The position numbers and the translations under genes were made by a program. From Podarcis tiliguerta (taxonomy: Eukaryota): a DNA stretch of 64,000 bases. The notes under the pieces were generated by a model. That model was given only the letters and a program-made list of their open reading frames with translations. It was not told where the DNA came from and did no database searches. Positions 14,101 through 26,900 of this stretch are shown here, in pieces. Numbering within the stretch: position 1 is the first letter of the stretch; each line of letters starts with the position of its first letter. The stretch lies in the NCBI GenBank assembly GCA_965153285.1, contig OZ229110.1, one strand, 5' to 3'.

Positions 14101-17100
14101 TTTAAGGAGGGCAGGGCCATACCAACATCTCCTTTGCAATCTTGGAGTTGTGTTTATCCATAGCTTTCAAAATGTTTAGGCATGCAGCCGAGTCAATCTT
14201 TCACCTACTCACTATGTTAATGGTTTCAACAATTTTAGACATTTGAATGGTTTCCTAATTTGCTCCATATGTACCAACAGGAAGGCCGTCATATTGAAAG
14301 GAATCCAGAGACCCAAGAGACTTAGAATCTCAACATATTCTTCCATTTCTGGGGTCAAAATAATGGTAATTCAAACATGTGTTTTGATGCGCTGAACAAA
14401 TGCCCAGCAAAACAAAGGGAGCATCTAATGCTGGGGATATGTTATAGGTTGAAATGTTTTTCAACATATGCCGCAATATGCTAGGGTTTTAAATCTTTGT
14501 GTTATAAATAGGATTGTGTTACATTTTATTCCAGAAACTGATGACCCTCATTCAGTCTTGTGTGCTTACCCAGTGAAGGACTGTGTGATGAAGTTCACCT
14601 ACACGGAACTCACCAGTGGAAAGACAAACATCACTGTTCTCAAGGAACCAGGTTTGTTATATCGTACATGCTTTGTGCTGTTTGTCCATACCACCAAGGC
14701 AAAAGTTTGGTTGTGGACTTGACTGTAGAATCCCTTAGAATATTTTGCTTCTTTTAGCACCACTAAGGGTACAAGAGCTTGGATGTTGTCCCTAAATACT
14801 CTTTCCCTTTTCAGATGTGCAGAAAACACACGAGCAGTTTTAGGTATTTAAGGCGAACCAAGCCTTCCGCCTTTGGGGGCTTTAGTGTGGTGGGGCCACT
14901 TCCACAGCCCTGCCATGCACAACAGCCAGGGCTGAAAGTGAGGGTTTAAATTGCTGCACCAGCCTGGAGATGGTGCAGTGATTGAGCCTGATGCTGATGG
15001 ATCCTAGGCTAGCTCAGCCTCCCTGCCCCCCATATACCGTGTTTTGAGACCTTTCACTGGCTGTCCATAGTGTCTGTATATTTCAAAGGGGCAGTTCTGC
15101 ATTGCACTGTTGAAGGCAGCCTGCAAGAGTCCAGCTTAGCTGGGAGGAGACAGTTTTTTCCCCCATAGTGAAAATTAATTAGTGGGCAGAGCAATCCAAA
15201 CCTCTCTTGTGCTCAGCTGCTTGTAGGTTAAGCCAGAAGAACAGATTCACATAGGGAGTGGTCCACAGAATACTAGTGAGAGGGGATGAAGGTTGATGGT
15301 CAGTAACCAGTGCCAGGCACATCTGGAGCACATCAGAAGGACCTTGTGTGATGGGATGATGAAGTCAACTTACCTCAGTGTTGCAAGCATTCTTGCCAGA
15401 AGAAACATCTGAGCCAATTGGAGCTTATTGGCTAGACCCAAATCCCCACCCTTATTTTTAAGTCTAACTATGACCAAAGTAAAAAAGAATCTAGATAAGC
15501 AATGGTATAGCATGATAATCTAAAGCTCCTGATCTAAACAGCTCCAGACTTCGGGGAAAGAGTCCAATATTGGATTTAAAATTAAAAAAATATATACTTT
15601 TTGTAGTTGAAAAGTTAGGCAGTATTGTGCCCTACCTTAGCTTTAGGGAATTGAATGCAGGTTGCTGCCCTGGCCTTGGTCTCCTGTCAAATTATCTGAG
15701 CTGTGAGCTTGAGGTGGGTGGGGCATCATTTTCAGATGGCATTCCTTTCTAGGCGACTTTGGGGCTGCATGCCAGTAGTGGACGGGGCAGAGCAATGGAT
15801 GTAAATTTTATCTATGTAAAGTAGGCCAGTTTGTATATGCACCTGCATTCCCCTCTCTAGCTTCCACCTAGACAAGCAAGAGGCATTATCAGAGTTCAAG
15901 GACGCATTCTGAGCCAGGCAAACATGCGCAAGGAGCGTGTGAAATAGAATGTGGCCTGGGAAGAGTGTGGCTGAGGAAAGGGTGAAACTTGGGAAGAGCC
16001 TAGGCTGAGGTTCCCCACCCGTTCTTAAAAATGCTATACATATGGAGCTGTCCCATGCAGCAAGCAAAAAGACATGTGAAATTCCCCATCCAGTGACCTT
16101 ATATGTGCACAGAAGTAGCCACTTGCTGGATTGGGGATATATAAAAACTCAGCTGCTGCAACAATATATATGCTGCAAATGAATTAGCAGAGCTGATCAT
16201 ATGTTAATAGTTAACTGTTGTCTCTGAAATACTGCATCATAAATTCTGCTGTTGGTTCTGAACCTTTCAGGCTTGATAAACACCTGTATTTGAAAAGGCA
16301 AGTTCTGATGTTTACACTGGATTTAGACAGTGTCCTTATCAATGATAATCATTTCTTTTCCTTGCCAGAGTGTAGCACTGCCCCTGATGCCATGATGATC
16401 TTACTGGCTGTGGTAGGCAGCATTGTGCTCCTGGGGATTGTCCTCTTGGCAATTTGGAAGCTGCTGGTCACTATTCATGACAGGCGGGAATTTGCCAGAT
16501 TCCAAAGTGAGCGATCCCGGGCAAGATATGAAATGGTAAGCATTCACTTCATGGGGGGAAACCAGGAAAGAGCTGGAAAAGGGCTCCGTGCATAGGGGTG
16601 GGAAGAAAGGTGCAAATGTGTGCAGAGGACTACAGAGCAGGAAGGGAAAGTCTCGCTTTACTCTGTTCAGGGAAGGATTCATGAGGGCTGCTTGAGACCA
16701 GAATGGTGTGCAGGGAGGCAGAGGTGGCTCAGGTGCAGGGATGCAAACACGTGCAGCGGCTGTGTTGGCGGCAGCTGAAGAGCCGCAATGTACTGGCAGC
16801 TCAAATTGCCTTTGCCCAGGAGGGCAGGCTGCGGCTTTGCTCTTGGGGCAGTTGTCACTCCATGAAGAAGACACGAGGCAGACAGATGCAGGGAGCTTGA
16901 GAATGTGCTACTCAGGCTCCATGTGCTTGGCTGCCGCCTGCCTGCTTGGGGAGACAGTGTGGCTTCCTTGAGCTGGTCAGGTGGGGAGAGGCAGCCCCCC
17001 CCCAATCAAGTGAGGCATCAGGGCTCGCTCAGTTGGGGGGGGGCTGCCTCCACCTTCACACTGGAGGGCTCTTCTAGTCAGTCACTCCTGAAGTGACAAA

Positions 17101-17528
17101 CCAGCTGGCCTCTGCCAGCCCCCCCCCCCCATGGCAGAGGGACTCAGGAGTGACAGTGGTTTCACCAGTGATACAGTGCTAGTTGACGCCTCTCGCAGTC
17201 TGGCTGTCATACTGGTCCTGGGTGATGCACTGATACATCACCTAGGCCTACACAACACTATTACAGACTTTAGGAGTGCATGGGGAAAGAGTAGCAAAAT
17301 AACATTGAGGGGAGGGGAAAACAAATGAGATTCCATTGATTTTAGCAGAACCTGCATTTGGTTTGCATGTCGAGAGTTTAATCTCCCTGTAAATACACTG
17401 TTTATATCACTTCCTTTTTTTCTTTTTTGTAGGCTTCAAACCCTCTTTACCGAAAACCTATTTCCACCCATAGCTTAGATTTCACATTCAACAAGCTTAA
17501 CAGGACCTATAATGGTACAGTTGATTGA
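7912..17528 (+). CDS. ITGB5: Integrin beta-5, 3' part: join(7912-8134,9783-9886,14535-14651,16369-16535,17433-17528); 5' exons lie upstream of the window
   Basis: Five AG/GT-bounded, phase-compatible exons give Cys-rich I-EGF repeats, beta-tail, TM helix, HDRREF and tail [31 protein letters not shown], which is beta-5 type; synteny with UMPS and KALRN. Confidence 0.96.
8589..8738 (+). mobile_element. Degenerate Squam3-like SINE
   Basis: Decayed tRNA head and 3' end TCTGACTTGATATAAAGCAGCTTCCTATGTT. Confidence 0.6.
9783..9886 (+). CDS. ITGB5: ITGB5 exon, beta-tail start (104 nt)
   Basis: ttctaag|GGACTGC...GTTCTCA|gtaagt; [35 protein letters not shown]. Confidence 0.93.
12631..12900 (-). mobile_element. 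CR1-type LINE 3' end fragment
   Basis: CATAA..AAGAGCC.GCTGGAT.AGGCCA.TGGCCC.TCTAGTCCAGCATCCTGTTCTCACAG.GGCCAACCAGAT motif, also at 2463 and 42848. Confidence 0.65.
13596..13647. repeat. (ATAC)n/(ATGC)n compound microsatellite
   Basis: Direct reading. Confidence 0.9.
14535..14651 (+). CDS. ITGB5: ITGB5 exon, beta-tail (117 nt)
   Basis: ttccag|AAACTG...GAACCAG|gtttgt; [39 protein letters not shown]. Confidence 0.93.
15745..16022. mobile_element. Partial copy of the same hAT-like family
   Basis: CAAGCAAGAGGCATTATCAGAGTTCAA..GCATTCT..GCCAGGCAAA shared with 39809-39858. Confidence 0.6.
16369..16535 (+). CDS. ITGB5: ITGB5 exon, transmembrane and membrane-proximal tail (167 nt)
   Basis: ttgccag|AGTGT...GAAATG|gtaagc; [56 protein letters not shown]. 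Confidence 0.96.
17433..17528 (+). CDS. ITGB5: ITGB5 last coding exon, cytoplasmic tail with NPxY and NxxY motifs
   Basis: tttgtag|GCTTCAAACCCT...GATTGA; NPLY and NRTY motifs, TGA at 17526-17528; not in ORF track. Confidence 0.96.
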   Translation, partial: ASNPLYRKPISTHSLDFTFNKLNRTYNGTVD

Positions 17529-17975
17529 CACTATGCTTGAAGGTGGAAGAGAGAGTGGAATGCTTGACAATTGCTTGGCTTCCTCACCGCTTCCCAAAAA
17601 GGAAGACTGAATCCTCTACAGTGGGACAGTATTCTAAACTTTGACTTGAATGTCAGGAGATGGCTTCTATTGCACATTGAGGACAAATGGGTAGCAGCCC
17701 ATGTGCTCTGCAGATCTCTAACCCAAGCCCCGCTGATGTGCCCAGACTGTGTTGTCACTGACCTGGAGTTCTTGATGCCTCGGAAGCGCCAATCTATTGA
17801 ACAATGTGCCATATAGCAGCTTCAGCCATATCTTGGTAGGAAAAAAAACATGCAGGTCCATTTCATAGGGGTATTGTGTCACTGCTGGTTTTTAGGGGAG
17901 AAAAACTAGCATTGGAGAAGGTGGTGGAAGCATTGTTTTTTAAAAAAAAAAATCCAGGTGTTAAACAGTTTTTAG

Positions 17976-17981
17976 AATAAA
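17976..17981 (+). terminator. Candidate ITGB5 polyadenylation signal (further AATAAA near 18000, 18385 and 18589)
   Basis: AATAAA in AT-rich sequence about 450 nt after the stop; which site is used is unknown. Confidence 0.4.
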
Positions 17982-19586
17982 TTTTTATATTAAAAAAAAA
18001 TAAAAGCAATTGCATATATGTGCTATGAGTATACTTATTCCTTTGCTTCCATGATCAAGTTTTTTTTATGAAAGATGTGTTGCACTATATTTAAGGACTT
18101 TTTATCAGAATTTAAATTAATATAAACAAGGAAGACTGCTTGTTCAGCCCATCAGTTTTAGGTTAACCTGTACACTTACAAACTGCTCAGTTATCTGAAA
18201 TTCTACATTACAGCAGTCACAGTAGCTTTTAAGTAGCTGGAAATGTTTTGACTCCAAGCATGCTTATTTAGGATTAATTCCCACTGAACTTTACTTCCAA
18301 GTACACATGCTTAGCATCTGGTTGTTAATCTTTTTAACCTGAATTTATCAGCCCCTATTTGCTCACTACGTGACCCATGGTGAAAATAAAATAAACCCAA
18401 GTGTGGACACTGTAATGTTTGCATAATTCAACTAACCACAAAACTTAAGATACGTAATCTCTGTTTCTGTTCAATGTCACCAGTTTTGCATGCTGGCAAA
18501 GGAGACAACTAGAGGTCCTCTAAAGGCTACTCACTAGTTCTCACTATATGACACGTTAGGTTTAACCTAATCTACTTTAACACTGAACAATAAAGATCTT
18601 TAAAGAAGCACAGTGTTAAATGTATTAAGATCAGGTTTCTAAATGCCTAGTTACAGAGAGGCAGTATATAAAGTACTTTTGTTTTATAAAGCTTACTGTT
18701 TGTTGGCAGTGACATTGCATTTCCTCTTCGCGAAAAAATCAGCCTTAATGCTGTGTCACCTTGTCCAAGGGGCAAAGTTGCTAGGTTCACTGTTCAATAA
18801 TCTATAATGAAGAGGTGTGGCAGCAGGCAAACAATTGGATGGGCTGAAAAGCAAAATCAAGTGAGTGGTGGGACTACTGCAGCCCAGGAAGGGAGAAATT
18901 TCATATTATTCCACGCAGTCGACATGTAGCAAAATGACAACTGCAAAGCAAATGGGGTAGCCATTTGCACCTACTCCACCAAGTAATGACCATAGCATCA
19001 CAGCAGCAGCAAACATTGTCCAGTTTCAATATAGCAGGCAGCTGCAAATTGAATTTTGTCAGGACTATAATGACAGTTTCTTAAACTTCCCAGTTAATCT
19101 ATCACTCCCAATACCTACATGTGCAGTGTAGATACATCAAGTATGAATTTAAGGCTACAACTACAATTGTGTAGCCTAATGCCTGAAAGAATTTCTTGCT
19201 CCATTAGTTGAGCCTGCAAAACAAACCTCTAATTTTAAAAAAGAAAGAAACTGATATTCTTGACGATTAGAGTATATCTATTTCTTATGGTAACTTAAGA
19301 GGCTGTTGTATCACAGCCTCAGTGCAGAAGGCAACATAAAATAATTAAAGGCTAGCCAAGCTACCACTGATTCTCTCATTCTGACCCTTACAGGTCACAA
19401 AATGCATTTGCCAGGAGAAAACCAAGTTATTTTCAGACATAGACCAATAGGCTGTTTAAGCTTGCTACAATGAACACAATTACTATCTGCTACCCAGCAT
19501 CAAACTGTGTTTATTTAACATTTTTATATGCCACCTTTCCCTCAAGGCCTCTAAAGGCTTTATAATGGCAACATAACGAATAAGAA

Positions 19587-19954
19587 TGGGACGCGGGTGG
19601 CGCTGTGGGTAAAACCTCAGTGCCTAGGACTTGCCGATCGTATGATCGGCGGTTCGAATCCCCGCGGCGGGGTGGGCTCCCGTCTTTCGGTCCCAGCTCC
19701 TGCCCACCTAGCAGTTCGAAAGCACCCCTAAGTGCAAGTAGATAAATAGGGACCGCTTTATAGCAGGAAGGTAAATGGCGTTTCTGTGTGCTGCGCTGGT
19801 GCTGGCTCGCCAGAGCAGTGATGTCACGCTGGCCACGTGACCCGGAAGTGTCTGCGGACAGCGCTGGCTCCCGGCCTCTTAAGTGAGATGAGCGCACAAC
19901 CCTAGAGTCGGACACGATTGGCCCGTACGGGCAGGGGTACCTTTACCTTTACCT
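19587..19954 (+). mobile_element. Full-length Sauria SINE (second subfamily)
   Basis: GGGACGCGGGTGGCGCTGTGG head, B-box GGTTCGAATCC, (ACCTTT)n tail; 13-bp TSD TAAC[G/C]AATAAGAA at 19574-19586 and 19955-19967. Confidence 0.93.
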
Positions 19955-21336
19955 TAACCAATAAGAAGAGAACAGCCCATGGCATGTAAAAATAGAACAC
20001 TCATCAATCAAAGCCAGGATTGATGGAGGAATGAGAAGAGTTGTACAATTACCTGACACACTAGAACTTATGAACGTTCCATCTTAACCACATTAACTAA
20101 TTCACTCACACAAATAAAGTTGTCTCTTACACATCATAGTGGCTGGACATAGTGGAAAAGCGCTGTTTGGCTAATAGCAAAGAAAGGTTGCATATAACAG
20201 ATTTACAGTGATAAAGGGCCATGTTACAAAAGGCTGAAATTGTCCTTCACTGTTAAAATAAACTGGTTCCAGCTTCATCTCAAAATGAAAGCGTAATGCA
20301 GCCAAATTAAAGGTGGGGTGGAAACTTGAAGACAACAACAATTAGGTACTGCAAAGCACCTCATGCCACTTACATCTTCTGAATGAAATGGCCATTGAAC
20401 ACTTCAACAGAGAATGGGACAGAACTACAGAATTTAAATGGCTATCAAGTGTTTGTGTCATTCCTATAATAATCTGTAATGAGCATTTCAATAACAGCCA
20501 GATATGGAGAATCACTGTTATTGGGGTAGTTGGCTCAGTGCCTAGTATTGAAGGAAGTAAAAATCTCTGATGGATTTGGATCTTCAACAAGTACTGCAAG
20601 CCAGTAAATAACTGCAGAATGAATATTTTTGCCATCATTAAGCTACTGCATTTCCTTGGCACAGAAGTTTGCCAAGCAACCAGTCTAACAAGAAATATCA
20701 CCTGATGACCACAACGCCAAAGACTGCATCAGCTTAAATGTATAAAAGACAAATCTAACCCACTTATTTTACAAAAAAGACAGAATTAAGAAATTCAAGT
20801 TGTTTTATAAACTAGCAGAGGTTAGCACATCCAGCGCCCGTCTCCCTGTAATTCATTCACTGCCTCAGCTAGGAATGATTTTGGTAATGAGTTTTTTTTA
20901 AAAAACACACAAACAAATTGTGACCTAGTTCTCATGTTGCCAACATATGGAAGGAAGCCAGGGAATGTAAAATTAGAGATTATAGGACACATTAACCCTG
21001 GACACAGATTTCTTTACAGAGATGTGCCTGAATGAAAAGCATTGTTCCCTTGGCCGCTTCCAAAACCATGCCAATTAAGACCAAGCACATACAAATAGTA
21101 ATGTATGCTAACAATAAGTCCAATCTAAATGAAGGAGGCATGTGCAACAAAACAAAGGAGATCCAACTACTATCATTTTGTCAAAACAGAACTCCCCTTT
21201 TTTGTTTTCTGAAGTGAAAACTCAGTTCTTTTCTGTTAAATATCTACTACTTCAATTAAACAGTTCTTTCTACTTGGGACAGCCTTGGACACTTCCCTCT
21301 CAATCATTTCCAACTATTGCTTTTCAGGAGTATCTA

Positions 21337-22224
21337 CCGTATTTTTTGCACCATAACACTCACTTTTTTCCTCCTAGAAAGTAAGGGGAAATGTCTGTGC
21401 GTGTTATGGAGCGAATGCCTACGGATGGCGGGGTGATCTGCTGCAGTCGTAAGCAGAGGATCCATGGTTCCCCTTCCTTCCCTCCTCCGTGGCTCGCTTT
21501 GAAACAGCAAAGCAGGAGGAGAGCCGCTGAGGAGCCGGGGAGGAGAGAGGGACAGAGAGCCTGCTTGCTTTAAAGGAGCAGCGCAGGAGAGGAGAGGAGC
21601 TGCTTACACGAGTGTCAGCGGCTCCTGTCCAGTTGGCTCCTTTAAAGCAAGCAGGCTCTCTGTCCCTCCTCTCCTCCCCATTCAGCTCGCTGAATAGCAG
21701 CAAAGTTTTTCAGTGAGCCGGGGGAGGGGGGAGAGAAGCAGAGCCTGCTTGTTTCTCCTCTTATACCCCTCTTCTGCATTATTAACAGCATCCTGCTCCA
21801 CCCACCCCACGCATGTTCCTTGTCCCTTGAGTGCTTTTCCTTCCCTCCCCACTTAAAACGTGGTTACAAAGCACGGATCCACATGGATCCTCATGATTTT
21901 TGCACTGGGTCACCCCAAATTCACCATCAGATCACATAGCATGTCCATGGCTACAGCTTGCACCAAAAAAATCACGCACCCACTGTTGCCTGGGGCCGCA
22001 GTGGAGCAAAAACGTGGTTACAAAGCATGGATCCACATGGATCCTCAGGATTTTTGCATTGGGCTAGCTCAAACTCACCATCAGATCACATGTCTGTGGC
22101 CACAGCATGAACCACAAAAATCATACATCCACTGTTTCGTTTAGAATATTTTTTTTCTTGTTTTCCTCCTCTAAAAACTATGTGCGTGTTATGGTTGGGT
22201 GCGTGTTATAGAGCGAAAAATACG
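21337..22224. mobile_element. Non-autonomous Tc1/mariner (Tc2/pogo-like) DNA transposon
   Basis: TA|CCGTATTTTTTGCACCATAACAC ... GTGTTATAGAGCGAAAAATACG|TA imperfect TIRs; internal ~83-bp direct repeat (21855 and 22009) and ~43-bp inverted repeat. Confidence 0.8.
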
Positions 22225-22610
22225 TATTTTCTCTATTTTCTCACACCAAACCATATGAGTGATGCAGGCACATTTAAAAATGCTCTCTGCCTAGACCCAT
22301 CAACTGTCTTATATCAACACAGATAATACACTGAATACACAGACAATGGCAGAAAGGGGGTGCAACTCAAATAGATGGTAAGAGTAGTGCTGAGCCTACA
22401 TGAACCTAAAGATGGTTAGGAGAACAGTACATCTGCATTTGTCTATTTTGTTCCAAAGCAGCACAAGTGACAAATATTTCATACAGCAGACAGCTGCTTT
22501 CACACATATATTCCAGCAAAAATAGTTGCCAAGTCGTAGGTAAGTTTAGTTTCTTAGTTCTCAGCAGTTATTGTGGAAGACCAAAAAGTAATAAACAAAT
22601 CTATGTAAAG

Positions 22611-22848
22611 TAGGGTTGCCATATTTCAAACAGTGAAAATCCGGACAAAAAAGTTGTGCTTTTTCTGGCAAGATTGCAAAAAATTGACATTTTGCAGCTA
22701 TTTTAAGGAAAAAATGGCCAAATTGGCATTGCCCACATGGACTGCCATATGTCCAGATTTTCGCAGTTGGATGATTTCTGCCCAGACACTGCTGACGAAT
22801 GCGGTATTCCAAATATGTCTGGGAAATTCCGGATGCATGGCAACCCTA
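22611..22848. mobile_element. hAT (Blackjack-like) MITE
   Basis: TIR TAGGGTTGCCAT ... ATGGCAACCCTA; near-match 8-bp flanks ATGTAAAG / A-GTAAAG. Confidence 0.8.
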
Positions 22849-23115
22849 AGTAAAGAAACTTTTGAAAAACACAAAGGGTTATAGCACCCTCTGGTGGCTT
22901 AAATTTTATACAATGATACAAATTTCTTTCTTTTTTTCTGCTCACGGTGGAACTTGCCCTTCCTCTACTCCGGAGGGTTGGGGACATTTCATGACAGATT
23001 TGGGGGGGCTCAGGGGGAGGAAGAGGATATCCATGCCACTGGGTATCATCCAGAGTTTTTAATGTACAAAAAGACCTTCCCATTCTCATATCATTTAAAC
23101 ATAGTCTTTTTGAAG

Positions 23116-23121
23116 TTTATT
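23116..23121 (-). terminator. Candidate UMPS polyadenylation signal
   Basis: AATAAA on the minus strand about 625 nt past the UMPS stop. Confidence 0.45.
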
Positions 23122-23744
23122 GGTGTGACAACCATTGCATTTTACCAGTGAGGCAATTATTAGAGAAGCAAGGATTCTGAATGTTCTTTGAGGTAGCAGA
23201 TCATTAATGGAATGCATCATCTCCACATAGTACACAAGCATATTAATATCTAAGGCACACAATTCCTGCACCTGAGCAAGATTTTGAAACGTATTTCACA
23301 TCATGATCTAAAGCACCAAATGCTGGATGGAGAAACTGCTCTGTGGAAGAGGGCCTAGCGCCCTATCACACTCAGTCCTTACATTTTAACACAACTGAGA
23401 AGAGCAATTAAGAACTTTAAACAACTGCAAATGCAAAGTGATCAGGATTTGCTCGGCTTTCTCTTTTCTCACAATCTTTATGGCTCTGTGGTTCGCAAAA
23501 CCACTGGAGTTTTTTGTTTTTTTTTAAGCCCTTTAAAGTGTTTTAAAAAATGGGATAGCAGACGACACACAGCTGTTTGAATTCAGAGTCAAAATTTTCA
23601 ATTTCTGTACTGATTCTCAAATAACTTTATAGCAAAATTTTAACATACAACAACATTCATTAGGCAAAATAACAACAAAGAATTACCTTCTCAATCTTTC
23701 CTGCTTTTAGAATTCGGCTTGCTTAATGAAACACAGCAGTTGTG

Positions 23745-23926
23745 CTATTTTTGTGCACTGACACCAATTCTCTGCAAGTAACTTTCCCATGCTACTTTCC
23801 TATAAGCCTCTGCTTCATCTGGGCGACTGGGCGCAGATAAGATACCACGGCCGACAATGATGATATCCGAACCTCTTTTACCAATCACCTCCTGAGGACT
23901 GAGGTACTTCTGCCCAAGCTTATCAC
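23745..23926 (-). CDS. UMPS: UMPS exon 6 (coding part, stop TAG)
   Basis: ttgcag|GTGATAAG; [30 protein letters not shown]...[15 protein letters not shown]. Confidence 0.96.
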
Positions 23927-26900
23927 CTGCAATGGATCACAATCACAAATATGCCGTGTTATGCTTGCTCTCCAGTAGTTTGCTTCATAAAAGAGTTTCA
24001 AGAATGCTGGTGAACTCCAAAAAGTGTTCCCCACGCTAACACTGGGTACAGATTTATCCTTATACACTGATACCTCGGTTTAAGAACAGTCCGGTTTAAG
24101 AACGATTTGGTTTACAAACTCTGCAAAAATGGAAATAGTGTCTTGGGTTGAGAACTTTACCTCCGTGTTAGAACGGAATCTGAACGGTGGAAGGGCACCG
24201 GCGGCGGGAGGCCTCATTGGGGAAAGCACGCCTTGGTTTAAGAATGGTTTTGGTTTAAGAACAGACTTCCGGAACAGATTAAGTTCGTAAACCGAGGTAC
24301 CACTGTATTATTAAAATGCTATTAAGTGTGCACAGGAAAAAAGCATGCCCTAAAAGGATTTAACCAAGATGAGATAATCAACAACATGAGGTACTGCACA
24401 TCAGAGCAAATAATAATAACCAAATAGCACAAAATAACAGCTTTCTTAAAGGGTTATTAACACTGATTAAATATGAAACATAAAGCCTCACTAGCATATC
24501 CATGGCAAATATGCCTTGATATTTGCATATAATTTAAAGCATGGCAAGGTTGTAATACAAAACAGCAGGGACTGGTTTGCAACCAAGGCTATGTGTGCAG
24601 AGATCCACTCATACAGCAGGACTTCCCATTCCTCTCCCAACAGACCCTTAAGATCTGCCCTGGAGGGACCTCCAGCACCCTGCAGTATAGCTCAGGGGGC
24701 TACAGAGGAGAGTTCCACTGTGGAAGTGGAAACCTGCTATACTATTATCAGAACCAAGTGACCGACACATGGAAACAAATGTGAGAGATGTGATTTGTCT
24801 GCTGTTACAAATTCTGAACTTGCATACAAGCACAGATAAGTAGGAAATTATTTCCAGTAAGCCTTAATATCCAGTTACAGTTTTCAGTGAATGAAATAAG
24901 AAAATACTGGACAGAGCATTATTAACACTTAGGGAGCTTGTATATTGTATTTTATGATACTGCACTTATTTGGCTGCTTCTAGTGTGGAACAGTTAGTAT
25001 GTTTTACTCCTACATTACAACTCTGTAGATCTGTTCATCATCTTCCAAACTCTCCTCACTGTAGTACATGAATTGGGCAATTCTGAGACTATTTGGATGT
25101 GATCTCTCACCCAAGGATAGGGAATGCAGAACCAGACATACAAATCTAAAGGCAATCTCAATGTTAGGACAGGGAAGGGCATAATCTGAACAGGAACTAC
25201 TGGGGACTTTGACTGCATTCTCACCCTCATCAGCATACAAACCAGAAATATTTCTGAGCGTACCTCTGAATTATCTCAGTTATTCTGGTATTTTCATAAA
25301 TATTTTGTACCATCAAAGTGCCACAGAATTTCTTACCTCCAGCCAGCATCTGAACACCAGGAGTCAGATGAAGAAATTCAGGTTTGTCAATAATTCTGGA
25401 GCCAGAAATAAATCCCAGAATAAAATCTGAGTGTTCCTCAGCCATTTTAACCTAAAGGAAAACAAATAAACAAGAGCAGTTAGAAAATGCTTTACATTCT
25501 TGCTCTAGAATGGAGGAACAAATAGTAAACAAGGTGCTATTATGCAAGCACAAAGACTTGCAGCCTTAACAAAATCAAGACAACACAATAAAGAATCAAG
25601 AGACTGTACTGATCAGAACATCATACAATCCATTCACAATGGATACCATTATCTCAATAGCAAATGAGCATGCCAATCACAAATACAACCTCCTTGCTTC
25701 CTTTGCCTCACCCCATTTTCCTCAATTCCTACCCACACTCCCCCAAGAACTTTGTTTTTCATTTTTCAGTAGTGTAAACTCCCACTATTTTCCCTCAAAC
25801 ATGAATTTCACTGCAGTATTATGCTGCTACGCCTCCATTCTATTCCAGAGAACGCACCAGCAAATATTATGTTTGCTGGCTATGTCCAACTGGAGAAACT
25901 TAAAGTAGCACTTTAAAATCCAAGAAATGCTGCTTTTCAAAAGAGCTACCCCCTCCCAGATGGTGGGGGAGGATCTAGACCATTTAAGACATTTTGTTGA
26001 GATGAAAGCTCCAACTTACCACAGCTTTTGTATAGTCACCAGTGGCCAGCGACCCTTCTGAGCTCATCTCTCCGATCAAGAGACACCCTCTCTGTAAAGG
26101 ATGCCCTACTTCTTTCAATCCCTTAACAACTCCAGGTCCAGGAACAGCATGAGCATTAACTATATCTGACCAGGATGCTATTTTGAAAATACCACCTGAA
26201 ACAGAAAGCAGACAAGGTATTAGTTAAGCGTCTTTTTGGCAATCAGATAACTACTTAAGAGATTGACCAGGGATACCCTTTCCACAACTTTTATTACCAC
26301 TGTAGAAATATTGCCCAGAGTCATGTTTCCCACACCTATCAAGGTCATAACTACACAGTACTATCACAATATGGAATATCAATATTCTATATTTGTTAGC
26401 ACCCTGTAGGCTAGCTTCAGGCTTGGTTTCCTCAGTATTATTTTTCTCAATATAGCATACAATCTGAATACAGTGGTACCTCGGGTTACATACACTTCAG
26501 GTTACAGACTCTGCTAACCCAGAAATAATACCTCAGGTTAAGAACTTTGCTTCAGGATGAGAACAGAAATCGTGCTCTGGCGGCGCAGCAGCAGTGGGAG
26601 GCCCCATTAGCTAAAGTGGTGCTTCAGGTTAAGAACAGTTTCAGGTTAAGTACGGACCTCTGGAACGAATTAAGTACTTAACCTGAGGTACCACTGTAAA
26701 AGTCAGCTCAAAAGCAAGGCCCTTGAAGGCTTGAAAATAAAGAGCTAGTTTCAAATCAGAGAAGACCACATCAACATTTCAAATTAAGAGTACTAGGAAC
26801 ATATGCAGCCCTATAGAGATATGCAACACATTATAGGTTGAAAAGAGGTGAGAGGGGTTGGTAGTTATGCCAAATTCACCTTCATACTGATGCTTCACAG

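Noticed and set aside
15732-16067. Peptide LNSDNASCL recurring in ORFs at 15732 and 39650
   Set aside because: Comes from two copies of a non-coding hAT-like repeat, not a gene family.
20342-20712. 119-aa minus-strand ORF whose start (cag|GTGATA) resembles the UMPS exon 6 acceptor
   Set aside because: Only 9 bp match, the polypyrimidine tract is poor, and the UMPS frame stops after 5 codons.
24879-25051. Possible C/D-box snoRNA in UMPS intron 5 (ATGATGA at 25035-25041, CTGA at 24884-24887, 5-bp terminal stem)
   Set aside because: 173 nt is long for the class, no rRNA-complementary guide was recognised, and motifs this short occur by chance.
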